Source of the DNA: an uncultured Actinomycetes bacterium
Lineage (GTDB): Bacteria > Actinomycetota > Thermoleophilia > UBA2241
Direction: 5' to 3'
Assembly: GCA_963767005.1 (NCBI GenBank)
Contig: CAVYCN010000002.1
Coordinates: 512,001 to 576,000, forward strand
DNA length: 64,000 nt
The first letter of the stretch is position 1; each line of letters begins with the position of its first letter. The position numbers were made by a program, and so were the translations under genes. The notes below the pieces were generated by a model. That model did not search any database and had not been told where the DNA came from. It saw only the letters and a list, made by a program, of their open reading frames with translations. Shown here piece by piece: positions 41,404 to 50,783 of the stretch.

Positions 41404-44007
41404 CTACTTGGCCGCCAGCCAGGTGTCGCCCACGCCGATCGAGACGTCGAGCGGCGGCTCCATGGTGAAAGCGCCGCACATGGCGTCGCGCACGATCGGC
41501 AGGACGGGATCGACCTCGTCGTCGGGGCTCTCGAAGACCAGCTCGTCGTGGATCTGCAGCACGAGGCGCGTGATCAGGCCGGCCGCGGCGAAGGCCTTCG
41601 TCACGCGCAGCATCGCCACCTTGATGATATCGGCCGCGCTGCCCTGAAGCACGGCGTTGACGGCCAGGCGCTCGCCGAGCGAACGCTCGCGGAAGCTCGC
41701 GGCGCGCAGCTCGGGCACGGCCCGGCGGCGACCGAAGACGGTCGTCACGAAGCCGGCGTCGGTCGCCTCGGCGATCACCTTCTCGCGGAAGGCCTGCACC
41801 CGCGGGTAGCGCGCGAAGTAGGCATCGATGAAGGCCCTGGCCTCGTCGACCGGCATGTCGACCTGCTCGGACAGACCGAAGGCCGACAGGCCGTACATGA
41901 TGCCGAAGTTGGTCGCCTTGGCGCGCTCCCGCTGGGCCTTGGTGACCTGCTCCACCGGGATGCCGGCGACGGCCGCCGCCGTGACTCGGTGCACGTCCTC
42001 GCCGCGTTCGTAGGCGGCGATCAGGGCCGGCTCCTGGGCCAGGTAGGCCATGAGACGCAGCTCGATCTGCGAGTAGTCGGCGACGATCAGCCGCATGCCC
42101 TCGGCGGCGATGAAGCAGTCGCGGATCTGGCTGCCGAGCTCGGTGCGAATCGGGATGTTCTGCAGGTTGGGGTTCGTGCTCGACAGGCGGCCGGTCGAGG
42201 CGACCGTCTGGCGGAACGTGGTGTGCAGGCGGCCGGTGCGCGGGTCGATGCGCGCCGGCAGCGGCTCGAGGTAGGTGTTCACGAGCTTGGTGAGCTCGCG
42301 CCATTCTTCGACGAGCGGCACGAGCGGGTGCTGGTCGCGCAGCTGCCGCAGCACCCGCGCGTCGGTCGAGTAGCCCGTCTTGCCCTTGCGCATCGGCTGC
42401 AGGCCGAGGCGCGAGAACAGCACCTCGGCGAGCTGCTGGGGCGAGCCGACCGTGAACGGGCCGCCGGCGAGCTCGTACAAGCGGTCGCGCACCTCGTCGA
42501 TGCGGTCGCTCAGGCGCGCCGAGATCTCGCCGAGGCGGTGCGTGTCGATGGCCACGCCGACGGCCTCCATGCCGGCCAGCACGCGCACGAGCGGCAGCTC
42601 GATGTCGTGGAACAGCGTGTCGAGTCCGAGCTCGCCCAGCCGCACGCGCTGCTCGGCGGCCAGGCGCAGCGTCAGCACGGCCCGCGTGGCCGCCAGCGCC
42701 TCGAGGTGGGGGCCGTCGACCAGGTGCTCGGCGTCGGCCTGGGCGAGCGTGAAGAGGTCGTCCTCGGGCCGCTCCGGCTGGAGCAGGTAGGCGGCGATGT
42801 CGGTGTCAAAGGCGGGGTCGGCCGCCGCCGTCGGGAACTCGGGATACGACTTGGCGTCGTGAGCCACGACGTGCGGCGCCAGACGCCAGATGGCGCGCCA
42901 GTCGGCGCTGTCGAGACGGGCGGCGACGGCCTCGTCGCCGCCGTCTGCGACGGCGGCGACCCAGCCGTCGCCCTCGGGCACGAAGCCCACGGCTGCCGGC
43001 CCGCGCCCGAGGACGGCGAGCAGGGGCGCCGCGTCGGGCGCTACCACGAGGCGCGGGAAGGGGACGGCGGCGAGGCCGCCGGCCTCGCCGCCGTCCCCCG
43101 CTCCCTGCGCCGCTGCCATCTCGCGCAGGCGGCGTCCCAGGCTGTTGAACTCGAAGCGTCGGCAGAAGACCTCGGCCTCGCGATACGGCAGGGCATAGCC
43201 GGTCCGCCCGACGATTTTCACGATGTCCTCGTCGAGGGGCACGTCGAGCACCATGCAGGCGAGGTGCTTGGAGAGGCGCGCGGCCGGCTCGTGCTCGGCG
43301 AGCAGCGCGCGGCGCTTGTCGGAGCTGACCTCGCCGAGGCGCTCGTACAGGCTCTCGACCGTGCCGAACTGCTGCACGAGGGCGGCCGCCGTCTTGTCGC
43401 CGACACCCGGGATGCCGGGGATGTTGTCGGACGTGTCGCCCTTCAGGCCGATGAAGTCGGGGATCTGCGCCGGCGTCACCCCGAAGCGCTCGACCACCGC
43501 GGCCGGCGTGTAGATCTTGACGTCGGTGACGCCCCTGCCGGTGGTCACGACCCAGATGTCGTCGTCGACGATCTGCAGGGCGTCGCGGTCGCCGGTCACG
43601 ACGAGCGAGCGCCGGCCCTGGCGCTTGGCCTCTTCGGCGAGGGTGCCGAGGATGTCGTCGGCCTCGTACCCTTCCTTCAGCAGGTTGGGGATGCCGAAGG
43701 CGTCCATGAGTCCCGGCAGGTGCTCCCACTGCAGGGCGAGCGGGTCGGGCATCCGCGGCCGCTGCGCCTTGTAGCCGTCGAACTCCTCGTGGCGGAAGGT
43801 CTTCTCGCGCCCGTCCCAGGCCACGGCCACCGCCGACGGCTCGAACTCGGTGATGAGCTTGACGAGCATCTGGGCCAGGCCGAAGAGCGCGTTCGTGGGA
43901 AAGCCGTCCCGCGTGGCGATCGACTCGGGCAGCGCGAAGTAGGCCCGGTAGGCCAGGCTCGAGCCGTCAATGAGGATCAGGCGGTGCTTGACCGCGGCGT
44001 CGTCCAT
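41404..44007 (-). CDS. polA: DNA polymerase I
   Basis: IDGSSLAYRA, EADDI, GDTSDNIPG (5'-3' exonuclease); TGRLSSTNPNLQNIP, ADYSQIELR, KATNFGIMYG, QIHDEL. Confidence 0.98.
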   Translation of the reverse strand: MDDAAVKHRLILIDGSSLAYRAYFALPESIATRDGFPTNALFGLAQMLVKLITEFEPSAVAVAWDGREKTFRHEEFDGYKAQRPRMPDPLALQWEHLPGLMDAFGIPNLLKEGYEADDILGTLAEEAKRQGRRSLVVTGDRDALQIVDDDIWVVTTGRGVTDVKIYTPAAVVERFGVTPAQIPDFIGLKGDTSDNIPGIPGVGDKTAAALVQQFGTVESLYERLGEVSSDKRRALLAEHEPAARLSKHLACMVLDVPLDEDIVKIVGRTGYALPYREAEVFCRRFEFNSLGRRLREMAAAQGAGDGGEAGGLAAVPFPRLVVAPDAAPLLAVLGRGPAAVGFVPEGDGWVAAVADGGDEAVAARLDSADWRAIWRLAPHVVAHDAKSYPEFPTAAADPAFDTDIAAYLLQPERPEDDLFTLAQADAEHLVDGPHLEALAATRAVLTLRLAAEQRVRLGELGLDTLFHDIELPLVRVLAGMEAVGVAIDTHRLGEISARLSDRIDEVRDRLYELAGGPFTVGSPQQLAEVLFSRLGLQPMRKGKTGYSTDARVLRQLRDQHPLVPLVEEWRELTKLVNTYLEPLPARIDPRTGRLHTTFRQTVASTGRLSSTNPNLQNIPIRTELGSQIRDCFIAAEGMRLIVADYSQIELRLMAYLAQEPALIAAYERGEDVHRVTAAAVAGIPVEQVTKAQRERAKATNFGIMYGLSAFGLSEQVDMPVDEARAFIDAYFARYPRVQAFREKVIAEATDAGFVTTVFGRRRAVPELRAASFRERSLGERLAVNAVLQGSAADIIKVAMLRVTKAFAAAGLITRLVLQIHDELVFESPDDEVDPVLPIVRDAMCGAFTMEPPLDVSIGVGDTWLAAK

Positions 44008-44166
44008 CGTCCGATTCTACCGCGCGCGCCGGCGCCGGCGCGGCGCGTGCGTCGATACCCGGCGCGGCGCCCGCCGCCGCACGTTCACCGTGGTGCATAC
44101 TTGGCGGGCAGAGCGGCGCGGCCCGCCGGGTGGCGCCGTCCCACCGCCGGCAAGGAGCGATGCGAC

Positions 44167-44598
44167 ATGGGCAGTCTCGAGTTCGCGACGGGCAGGACGA
44201 TCGTCGCCCGTCTCGCGCACGGCGCCGACCTTCTCGAGGAGATCGTCGGCCTGGCCGAGCGCCACGGCATCGAGGCGGCCGCGCTCCAGGGCCTCGGAGC
44301 CCTGCGGCGCGCCCGCCTGGCCTCGTACGACCAGGCGGCGCAGGCATACGCGGAGTTCGACCTGGACCGCCCGCTCGAGCTCACCTGCCTGGCCGGCAAC
44401 CTGTCGCGCCGCGACGGGGCGCCCGCGGCGCACGTGCACCTGACGCTCGCCGACCACGACGGCCGCGCCTGGGGCGGCCACGCCGCGCCCGGCTGCGTCG
44501 TCTTCGCCTGCGAGCTGATCGTGACCGAGCTCCTTGGTCCGGCCCTCGACCGCGCCTCCGACGAGGTCACCGGTCTGCCGCTCTGGCGCGGGCTGTAG
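44167..44598 (+). CDS. PPC/DUF296 domain protein
   Basis: RLAHGADLL, GLGAL, LAGNLS, HVHLTL, GGH motif; SD AAGGAG. Confidence 0.88.
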   Translation: MGSLEFATGRTIVARLAHGADLLEEIVGLAERHGIEAAALQGLGALRRARLASYDQAAQAYAEFDLDRPLELTCLAGNLSRRDGAPAAHVHLTLADHDGRAWGGHAAPGCVVFACELIVTELLGPALDRASDEVTGLPLWRGL

Positions 44599-44633
44599 GC
44601 GGAAGACCGCGACGGCTGCGGCGGCCAGTCGGT

Positions 44634-44674
44634 GCCACCTGATCCGGCGCCGCCGCGCCGCCGGATCAGGTGGC
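44634..44674. terminator. 16-bp stem-loop between convergent genes (possible bidirectional terminator)
   Basis: GCCACCTGATCCGGCG-N9-CGCCGGATCAGGTGGC; includes the stop codon of the PAS gene. Confidence 0.6.
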
Positions 44675-45832
44675 GGACGACCGCGCCCGCGTGATCACGC
44701 AGATGCCCCCGACGATGTCGCCGTCGGGGCCGAGGACGGGCTGGACGTGGAGGTTCACGGACATGGCGTGAATCCCGTCCGGCGCGATACGGGCGCTCTC
44801 GAAGCTGCCCTCGCGGCCCTGCAGCGCGGCCACGAGGGTGTCGGTGAACGGCCGGCCGCGCAGGTCGGCGGCCATGATGCGTTCGCGGGGAGAGCCGACC
44901 ATCGCCACCGCCGCGTCGTTGCACGACGTCAGGCGCAGGTCGGTGTCGAACAGACAGATGCCGACCGGCGCGCGCTCGACGAACGACCGGTACATGCGCT
45001 CGGAGCGGGCCAGGGCTTCTTCGGCGCGGCGCTGCTCGGTGATGTCGCGCACGACCACGACGCAGCCGCTGTCGGGCAGCCCGACGACACGCGCCTCGAA
45101 CCAGGCCGGCCCGTCGGGGGTGGCCACCGAGACCTCGCACGACTCGGCGACGCCCCAGCGGCGCGCCCGGTCCAGCGCCCTCGTGAGCGCCGGCGCGGCG
45201 TCGGCCGGCAGGACGTCGATCAGACGGCGGCCGAGCAGGTCGTCCGAAGTCAGGTGACGGTCGAAGCCCGAGTCGATGTGGAAGTCGACCACGGCGCCCT
45301 CGTGATCGATCCTGAAGTAGAGGTCGGGCAGCGCGTGCAGCACGCCGTGGAGCTCGTCGGCGACGCGCGCGTAGAGCGCTTCGGCCGCCTTCTGCGAGGT
45401 GATGTCGGTGAGCGTCACGATCACCGCCGGCGGCGCCCACGGCGGCAGATCGAGCGTGCGCTGGGCCGACACCAGCAGCCAGACGGGCTCGGCGCCGGCC
45501 GGCCGCATTCCCAGGACGGTGGGCACGATCGAACGGCCGGCGCGCAGGTCGGCGAGCGCGGTCTCGCCCAGACGCTCGGCCGGGCTGCCGTCCTCGAAGA
45601 ACGGTCGTGCCGGCAGCCAGGACAGGTCGACGATGCTGTGCCCGACGATCTCGGCGGGCGGCAGCAGCAGCAGACGCGCGGCCGCCGCGTTGCAGTCGTG
45701 GATCACGCCGTCGCTGTCGCAGACCACGACGCCGCTCGAGACGCAGTCCGCGTACAGGTGGTTGATGTCGTCCCACGTCTCTGGTTCGTGCGCCTCGTCC
45801 GCCATCTCCATCGCGCCGTCCGCTTCGTCCAC
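44666..45832 (-). CDS. Multi-PAS (three PAS/PAC) protein with no output domain
   Basis: GVVVCDSDGVIHDCNAAA..DIT; LPDLYFRIDHEG..RDITEQRRAEEAL; APVGICLFDTDLRLTSCNDAA; ends right after the third PAC. Confidence 0.85.
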   Translation of the reverse strand: MDEADGAMEMADEAHEPETWDDINHLYADCVSSGVVVCDSDGVIHDCNAAAARLLLLPPAEIVGHSIVDLSWLPARPFFEDGSPAERLGETALADLRAGRSIVPTVLGMRPAGAEPVWLLVSAQRTLDLPPWAPPAVIVTLTDITSQKAAEALYARVADELHGVLHALPDLYFRIDHEGAVVDFHIDSGFDRHLTSDDLLGRRLIDVLPADAAPALTRALDRARRWGVAESCEVSVATPDGPAWFEARVVGLPDSGCVVVVRDITEQRRAEEALARSERMYRSFVERAPVGICLFDTDLRLTSCNDAAVAMVGSPRERIMAADLRGRPFTDTLVAALQGREGSFESARIAPDGIHAMSVNLHVQPVLGPDGDIVGGICVITRARSSAT

Positions 45833-45975
45833 AGGGAGGCCACCCCGCCGCGCCGCACCGCCACCGGTCCAGAGCCACTATACGCTCGCCCGCGACCCGG
45901 ACGGAGAGACGCCGGATACGCCACCCGAGGCGTCGTGCGTACCGGCGCGACGCGCCCATCGACCGGAAAGGGGGG

Positions 45976-46064
45976 TGGTGTCGGAAGGGGGACTTGAACC
46001 CCCATGAGGTAATGCCCTCACTAGGCCCTCAACCTAGCGCGTCTACCAATTCCGCCATTCCGAC
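45976..46064 (-). tRNA. tRNA-Leu(GAG)
   Basis: GTCGGAA/TTCCGAC acceptor stem with encoded ACCA, D-arm GGCGGAATTGGTAGACGC, CTAGG-TTGAGGG-CCTAG anticodon arm, long variable arm, GGTTCAAGTCC T-loop. Confidence 0.97.
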
Positions 46065-46099
46065 ACGCGGCGAACGGGCGCATGACGCCCGGGCGAGAC

Positions 46100-46129
46100 A
46101 GTATAGTCCGCCGCGCCGAGGAGGGTCAA
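46100..46129 (-). promoter_or_regulatory. sigma70 promoter of tRNA-Leu
   Basis: TTGACC-18 nt-TATACT. Confidence 0.7.
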
Positions 46130-46139
46130 CGCAGGCGCG

Positions 46140-46326
46140 ACGGGTCGTGTGGGTGATGGAGTCTGTCGGCGACGCCAGACGGAACGGACTCTCTCATCCG
46201 GGTGCGCGCCGGACCAGCCGCCGCGCCCCGCGCCGGGTAGCGTCCGGCGAGGACCGCTCGGGTAGCGCCACAGTGCGCCGCCGACAGACGGACTGGCGAC
46301 CGTGACCGACGGACACAGCCGCCGTC
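46140..46326 (-). ncRNA. Candidate structured non-coding RNA (unknown family)
   Basis: Downstream of TTGTCA-17 nt-TATAGT; 15-bp helix 46289-46275/46175-46161 with a G-U pair on the minus strand; internal hairpins; repeated CGCUACCCG; no convincing ORF. Confidence 0.45.
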
Positions 46327-46332
46327 CCCGTC

Positions 46333-46361
46333 ACTATAGGACGACCACCGGGACGTGACAA
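46333..46361 (-). promoter_or_regulatory. Near-consensus sigma70 promoter
   Basis: TTGTCA (46361-46356)-17 nt-TATAGT (46338-46333). Confidence 0.7.
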
Positions 46362-46451
46362 CGTGGACGATGACGCCGCCGGCCGCGCCGCGGCAGGTCC
46401 CCGGGGTACACTGCGGGCGTACCGCTCGAGAGGCGACACGCGGAGGCGCGC

Positions 46452-47492
46452 ATGGACAGCCGGGCCGGCCGGATCCTCGTCGGCAACTGCTCGTGGACCG
46501 ATCCCACCCTGATCGCCTCGGGCGGTTTCTACCCGCCGGGCACCACCAGCGCGGCGCGGCGTCTTGCCTACTACGCCACGCAGTTCCCGATCGTCGAGGT
46601 CGACTCGACCTTCTATGCCCCGCCCGACGTCGGCAACGCCACGCGCTGGGCCGAGCGCACGCCGCCCGGCTTCGTCTTCGACGTCAAGGCGTTCGCCCTG
46701 CTGACCGGCCACGGCGCGGCGCCCGAGCGGCTCACGTCCGAGCTCCGGTCCTGCCTGCCGGCCGACGCCGCCGGCAAGCGCAACGTCTACCTGCGCGACC
46801 TGCCGGCCACGGCCGAGACCATCCTCTGGGACGCCCACCGCCTCGCCCTCGCGCCGCTCCAGGCCGCCGGCAAGCTCGGCGCCGTCCTCTTCCAGTTTCC
46901 ACCCTGGTTCAGCGCCAGCCACGAGAGCCGCGAGCACATCCGCAAGGCGGTGCGCGAGCTGCACCCCTACCGCGTCGCGGTCGAGTTTCGCGGCGGCGGC
47001 TGGCTCGCCGACGAGGCCGGCATCGCCCGCACCCTCTCGTTCCTCGAGTCGGCGGGGGCGAGCTACGTGTCGGTCGACGAGCCCCAGGGCTTCCCGAACA
47101 GCTCGCCGCCGCTCGCCGCCGCGACCTCCGACCTGGCCGTGGTCCGTTTTCACGGACGCAACACCGACACGTGGCAGATCCGCGGACGGGCGGCGTCCGA
47201 CCGCTTCAACTACCTCTACCGCGGCGAGGAGCTCGGCGAGTGGGTGCCACAGATCCGCGCCCTCGCCGAACGGGCGGCGACCGTCCACGTGCTGTTCAAC
47301 AACAACTACCGCGACTACGGCGTGCGCAACGCCCGCCAGATGACCGCCCTCCTCGGACTCGACGACGCCTGGCCGGCCGCCGACCCCCCGGGTGGGGGCG
47401 TGAGCGCCGGGCGACGACAGGCTCCCGACGACCGCGGCGACGAGTCGTCTCCGGCGCGGCGCGCGGCGCCGGGGCAGCAGCGGCTGCTGTAG
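46452..47492 (+). CDS. DUF72 (YecE-like) protein
   Basis: VGNCSW, LAYYA, VEVDSTFY, FDVKA, LFQFPPWF, VEFR, VRFHGRN, FNNN. Confidence 0.92.
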   Translation: MDSRAGRILVGNCSWTDPTLIASGGFYPPGTTSAARRLAYYATQFPIVEVDSTFYAPPDVGNATRWAERTPPGFVFDVKAFALLTGHGAAPERLTSELRSCLPADAAGKRNVYLRDLPATAETILWDAHRLALAPLQAAGKLGAVLFQFPPWFSASHESREHIRKAVRELHPYRVAVEFRGGGWLADEAGIARTLSFLESAGASYVSVDEPQGFPNSSPPLAAATSDLAVVRFHGRNTDTWQIRGRAASDRFNYLYRGEELGEWVPQIRALAERAATVHVLFNNNYRDYGVRNARQMTALLGLDDAWPAADPPGGGVSAGRRQAPDDRGDESSPARRAAPGQQRLL

Positions 47493-47559
47493 GCCGGGGG
47501 CCCGCGACCGCCAAAACCGATATCATCGTGCCGCAGGCGAGCGGCGAAAGGATGCGGCG

Positions 47560-48924
47560 ATGCAGGTTCCGGGCTTGGCGCGCGACGAGTGCAGAGCGAT
47601 CGAGCGCGAGGCCGTCGCGCTGCTGGCGGAGCTGCTGCGGACCGACACCACCAACCCACCCGGCAACGAGACGCGCGCGGCGCTCGTCCTGCGCGAGTAC
47701 TTCGCCGGCCACGGCCTCGACGCCGAGCTCATCGGCGAGTTCCCCGACCGGCAGAACCTGATCGTGCGACTGCCCGGGACGCGGCCGGGACCCCGTCTGG
47801 GGCTGCTCGGCCACCTCGACGTGGTGCCGGCCGAGGCCGCCGAGTGGACCGTCCCGCCGTTCTCGGGCGAGGTGCGCGACGGCTACGTCTGGGGCCGCGG
47901 CGCGACCGACATGAAGAACCAAGTGGCGGCCCAGGCGGTCGCCCTCACCCGTCTGGCGCGCGCCGGCACGCCGCTTGCCGGCGAGATCGTGTTCATCGCG
48001 ACCGCCGACGAAGAACGTGGCGAACACTGCGGTGCGCACTGGCTCGTGACCGAGCATCCCGACCTCGTGCACTGCGACTACCTCGTGAACGAGGGCGGCG
48101 GCACCTTCTCGGTCGCCGGCGGCGTGCGCCTCTACCCCCTCACGGTGGGCGAGAAGGCCTTCGCCGACTTTCGCATCACCGTCCGCGGCCGTGGCGGCCA
48201 CGGCTCCGTGCCGCTGCACGACCTCAACCCCGTCGAACTGCTGGGCCGCGTCATCGCCGCCCTCGCCGACCACGAAGCGGCGGTCGCGATCGCGCCGTTC
48301 ACGGCGCGCTACATCGACCGCCTCGTCGCCGACCCCGACCTGCGCGCCGCGCTCACCGACCCGGACCGTGCCCGCGCCGCCGTTCGCCGGCTGCACGAGC
48401 TCGATCCCGAAGCCGCCTATCTCATCGAGCCGCTGCTGGGCGTGACGTTCTCGCCGACCATCGTGCGCGGCGGCGGCGAAGCGGTGAACGTCATCCCGTC
48501 CCACGCGGCCGTCGACATCGACTGCCGCATCCTGCCGGGCCAGACCGGCGACGACGTGCGCCGCGAGGTCGCCGCGGCTCTCGCCGGCATCCCCGGCTGG
48601 GAGTTCGCCTGGACCGACCTGACGAGCGGCAACGAGTCGCCCGTGCCCACGGCGCTCTCCGCCGCCGTCGAGAGTGCCATGGCCGAGCTCGTGCCCGGCT
48701 GCGACGTGGTGCCGCTCCACCTCTGCGGCTTCACCGACTCGCGCTGGTTCCGCGAGGCGTTCCCCGACATCGTGGCGTACGGCTTCTGCCCGTTCGTGGC
48801 CGAGGACGCCGCCACCATGGGCGGGCGCGAGCACGCCCGCGACGAACGCATCGCCGTCTCCGACATCTCGTTCCAGGTGCGCTTCTTCGAGCTGCTCGCG
48901 GACGCCCTGCTCGGGGAGGCGTGA
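47560..48924 (+). CDS. M20/M25/M40 metallopeptidase (ArgE/DapE/Acy1-like)
   Basis: TTNPPGNE, GHLDVVP, WGRGATDMK, ADEE, NEGG, GHGS, FTDSR, EHARDERI. Confidence 0.92.
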   Translation: MQVPGLARDECRAIEREAVALLAELLRTDTTNPPGNETRAALVLREYFAGHGLDAELIGEFPDRQNLIVRLPGTRPGPRLGLLGHLDVVPAEAAEWTVPPFSGEVRDGYVWGRGATDMKNQVAAQAVALTRLARAGTPLAGEIVFIATADEERGEHCGAHWLVTEHPDLVHCDYLVNEGGGTFSVAGGVRLYPLTVGEKAFADFRITVRGRGGHGSVPLHDLNPVELLGRVIAALADHEAAVAIAPFTARYIDRLVADPDLRAALTDPDRARAAVRRLHELDPEAAYLIEPLLGVTFSPTIVRGGGEAVNVIPSHAAVDIDCRILPGQTGDDVRREVAAALAGIPGWEFAWTDLTSGNESPVPTALSAAVESAMAELVPGCDVVPLHLCGFTDSRWFREAFPDIVAYGFCPFVAEDAATMGGREHARDERIAVSDISFQVRFFELLADALLGEA

Positions 48925-49949
48925 CGGCAGCCGATCCGCCGCCGGCCGGACCGGGCGACCCCCAGGGCGCCGCGGCCGAGGTCGCCTGGCAGCCGGCGGC
49001 GCTCGGGCGGCCCGTGCCCCGCGATCGTTTTCGCGGCGCGCTCCTGGGCCTCGCCGTCGGCGACGCCATGGGCGCGCCCGCCGAGTTCCTCACGCCCGCG
49101 CAGGTGCGCGAGCGCTGGGGTGTGCTCGCCGAGATGGTCGGCGGCGGCTGTCACGAGGTGCGTCCCGGCGAGGTCACCGACGCGACCGAGATGATGCTCG
49201 CCCTCGCCCACAGCCTGGTCGGCGTCGGCGGCTTCGACGCCGAGGACGTGCTCTCGCGCTACCGCGCCTGGTTCGCGGCCGGGCCACGCGACGTGAGCCT
49301 GACGACGCGCACCGTGATGCTCATCCTGACGGCCGGCACGCCCTGGGACCGCGCCTCACGACGCGCCTACGAGGTGCTCGGCTTTCCGACCGCCGGCAAC
49401 GGCAGCGTCATGCGCTGCGCCCCGGTCGCGCTGCGCTACGCCTGCGACGGCGACACGCGCCGCCGGGTCTCGCTGCGCGAGTCCATGCTGACGCACTACG
49501 ACCGGCTCGCCGGCTGGTCGTGCGTGGCCCTGAACGAGCTCATCGTGGCGGCGATGGCCGGTGCGCTCGACGAGAGCCTGCCGGCCATCGCCGCCGCGCT
49601 CGACATCGAGGAGGCGCGCGTCTCGATGACGCTGCGCGACGCGGTCGTGGCCGAGCCCGACGAGATCGAGCCGGCCGCCTTCGTGCTCGACTCGCTGCGC
49701 GCCGCCGTCTGGGCCGTGCTCCACACCGACAGCTTCGAGGGCGCCATCCTCGAGATCGTCAATCGCGGCGGCGACTGCGACACGGTGGGCGCCGTAGCGG
49801 GCGCCCTGGCGGGCGCCCGCTACGGCGCCGCGGCCATCCCCGCCCGCTGGCTCGACCCGCTCCGGGTGCGCGACGAGGTCGCTGCGGCCGCCGACGCCCT
49901 GGCCGACCTCGCCGACGCCGACGCGCCGGCCGACCCGGTCTCGGCCTGA
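48921..49949 (+). CDS. ADP-ribosylglycohydrolase (DraG/ARH family)
   Basis: GALLGLAVGDAMGAPAEF, TDATEM, AGNGSVMRCAP, GGDCDTVGAVAGALAGA; GTG 48921 overlaps the upstream stop. Confidence 0.9.
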   Translation: MTAADPPPAGPGDPQGAAAEVAWQPAALGRPVPRDRFRGALLGLAVGDAMGAPAEFLTPAQVRERWGVLAEMVGGGCHEVRPGEVTDATEMMLALAHSLVGVGGFDAEDVLSRYRAWFAAGPRDVSLTTRTVMLILTAGTPWDRASRRAYEVLGFPTAGNGSVMRCAPVALRYACDGDTRRRVSLRESMLTHYDRLAGWSCVALNELIVAAMAGALDESLPAIAAALDIEEARVSMTLRDAVVAEPDEIEPAAFVLDSLRAAVWAVLHTDSFEGAILEIVNRGGDCDTVGAVAGALAGARYGAAAIPARWLDPLRVRDEVAAAADALADLADADAPADPVSA

Positions 49950-50201
49950 CCAACACGCGGGCCGGCCCCGCACACCGCCGCACGTCCCGACACGCTCGCC
50001 GGCCTTCGTGTACGACGGTCCAACGCCGGCCGGCTTTTCGCGGCCTTTCTTCGTAGGAGATACTGGCGCCGAGACGCCGCCGCGAGATCCTCGGCGCGAG
50101 CCGGCGCGGCGGTGCCGGCGCAGGGCCGCTGCCGACCAGGCGGCCGGTCACCGGCGAGGCACGCCGACTCGCGGGCGACCGCAGACACCGAAAGGAGCAT
50201 C

Positions 50202-50777
50202 ATGCCGAAGCACGACTCCAAGGACGCCAAAGCGGCGCGCGGCAGCGCGCGCAAGGCCGGCGGCACACGCGACGTGAAGGCCGCGGCGACCACCCGCGGC
50301 ACGCAGGCGGCGACCGGCACGGTCGCCGGCTCGCCGGCGCGCAGGGCCGGTCGCGCCCCGATCACCAGAGGGGCGCTCATCGACCACCTGAACGACGATC
50401 TCGCCAAGGAGTTCCAGGCCCTGATCCAGTACGTGCAGCACGCGGCCGTGATCACCGGGCCGCAGTACGACGCGATCCGCGCCGAGCTCACGATCCACTC
50501 CAACGAGGAGCACACCCACGCGATCTCGCTCGCCGAGCAGATCGACTTCCTCGGCGGCACGCCGGGCGTCGACGTGGCCAGGGTGCAGGTCTCCGAGGTC
50601 GCCAAGGTCATGCTCGAGCAGGATCTCGAGGGCGAGCTCGACGCCATCGGCCGCTACAAGGCGCGCATCGCCCAGGCCGAGCAACTCCAGGAGTACGGGC
50701 TGCGACGCGCCCTCGAGGACATCCTCATGGTCGAGGAGGAGCACGCCCGCGACCTGCAGAACGCCCTCGACCTGTAG
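50202..50777 (+). CDS. Bacterioferritin-like (ferritin superfamily) protein with basic N-terminal tail
   Basis: LAKEFQALIQY, EEHTHA, LGGTP, EGELDAIGRY, EEEHA diiron ligands; SD AAAGGAG. Confidence 0.88.
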   Translation: MPKHDSKDAKAARGSARKAGGTRDVKAAATTRGTQAATGTVAGSPARRAGRAPITRGALIDHLNDDLAKEFQALIQYVQHAAVITGPQYDAIRAELTIHSNEEHTHAISLAEQIDFLGGTPGVDVARVQVSEVAKVMLEQDLEGELDAIGRYKARIAQAEQLQEYGLRRALEDILMVEEEHARDLQNALDL

Positions 50778-50783
50778 GCGCGG

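Noticed and set aside
44600-46064. Genomic island integrated at tRNA-Leu
   Set aside because: No integrase, no duplicated tRNA 3' end seen, and no obvious composition shift.
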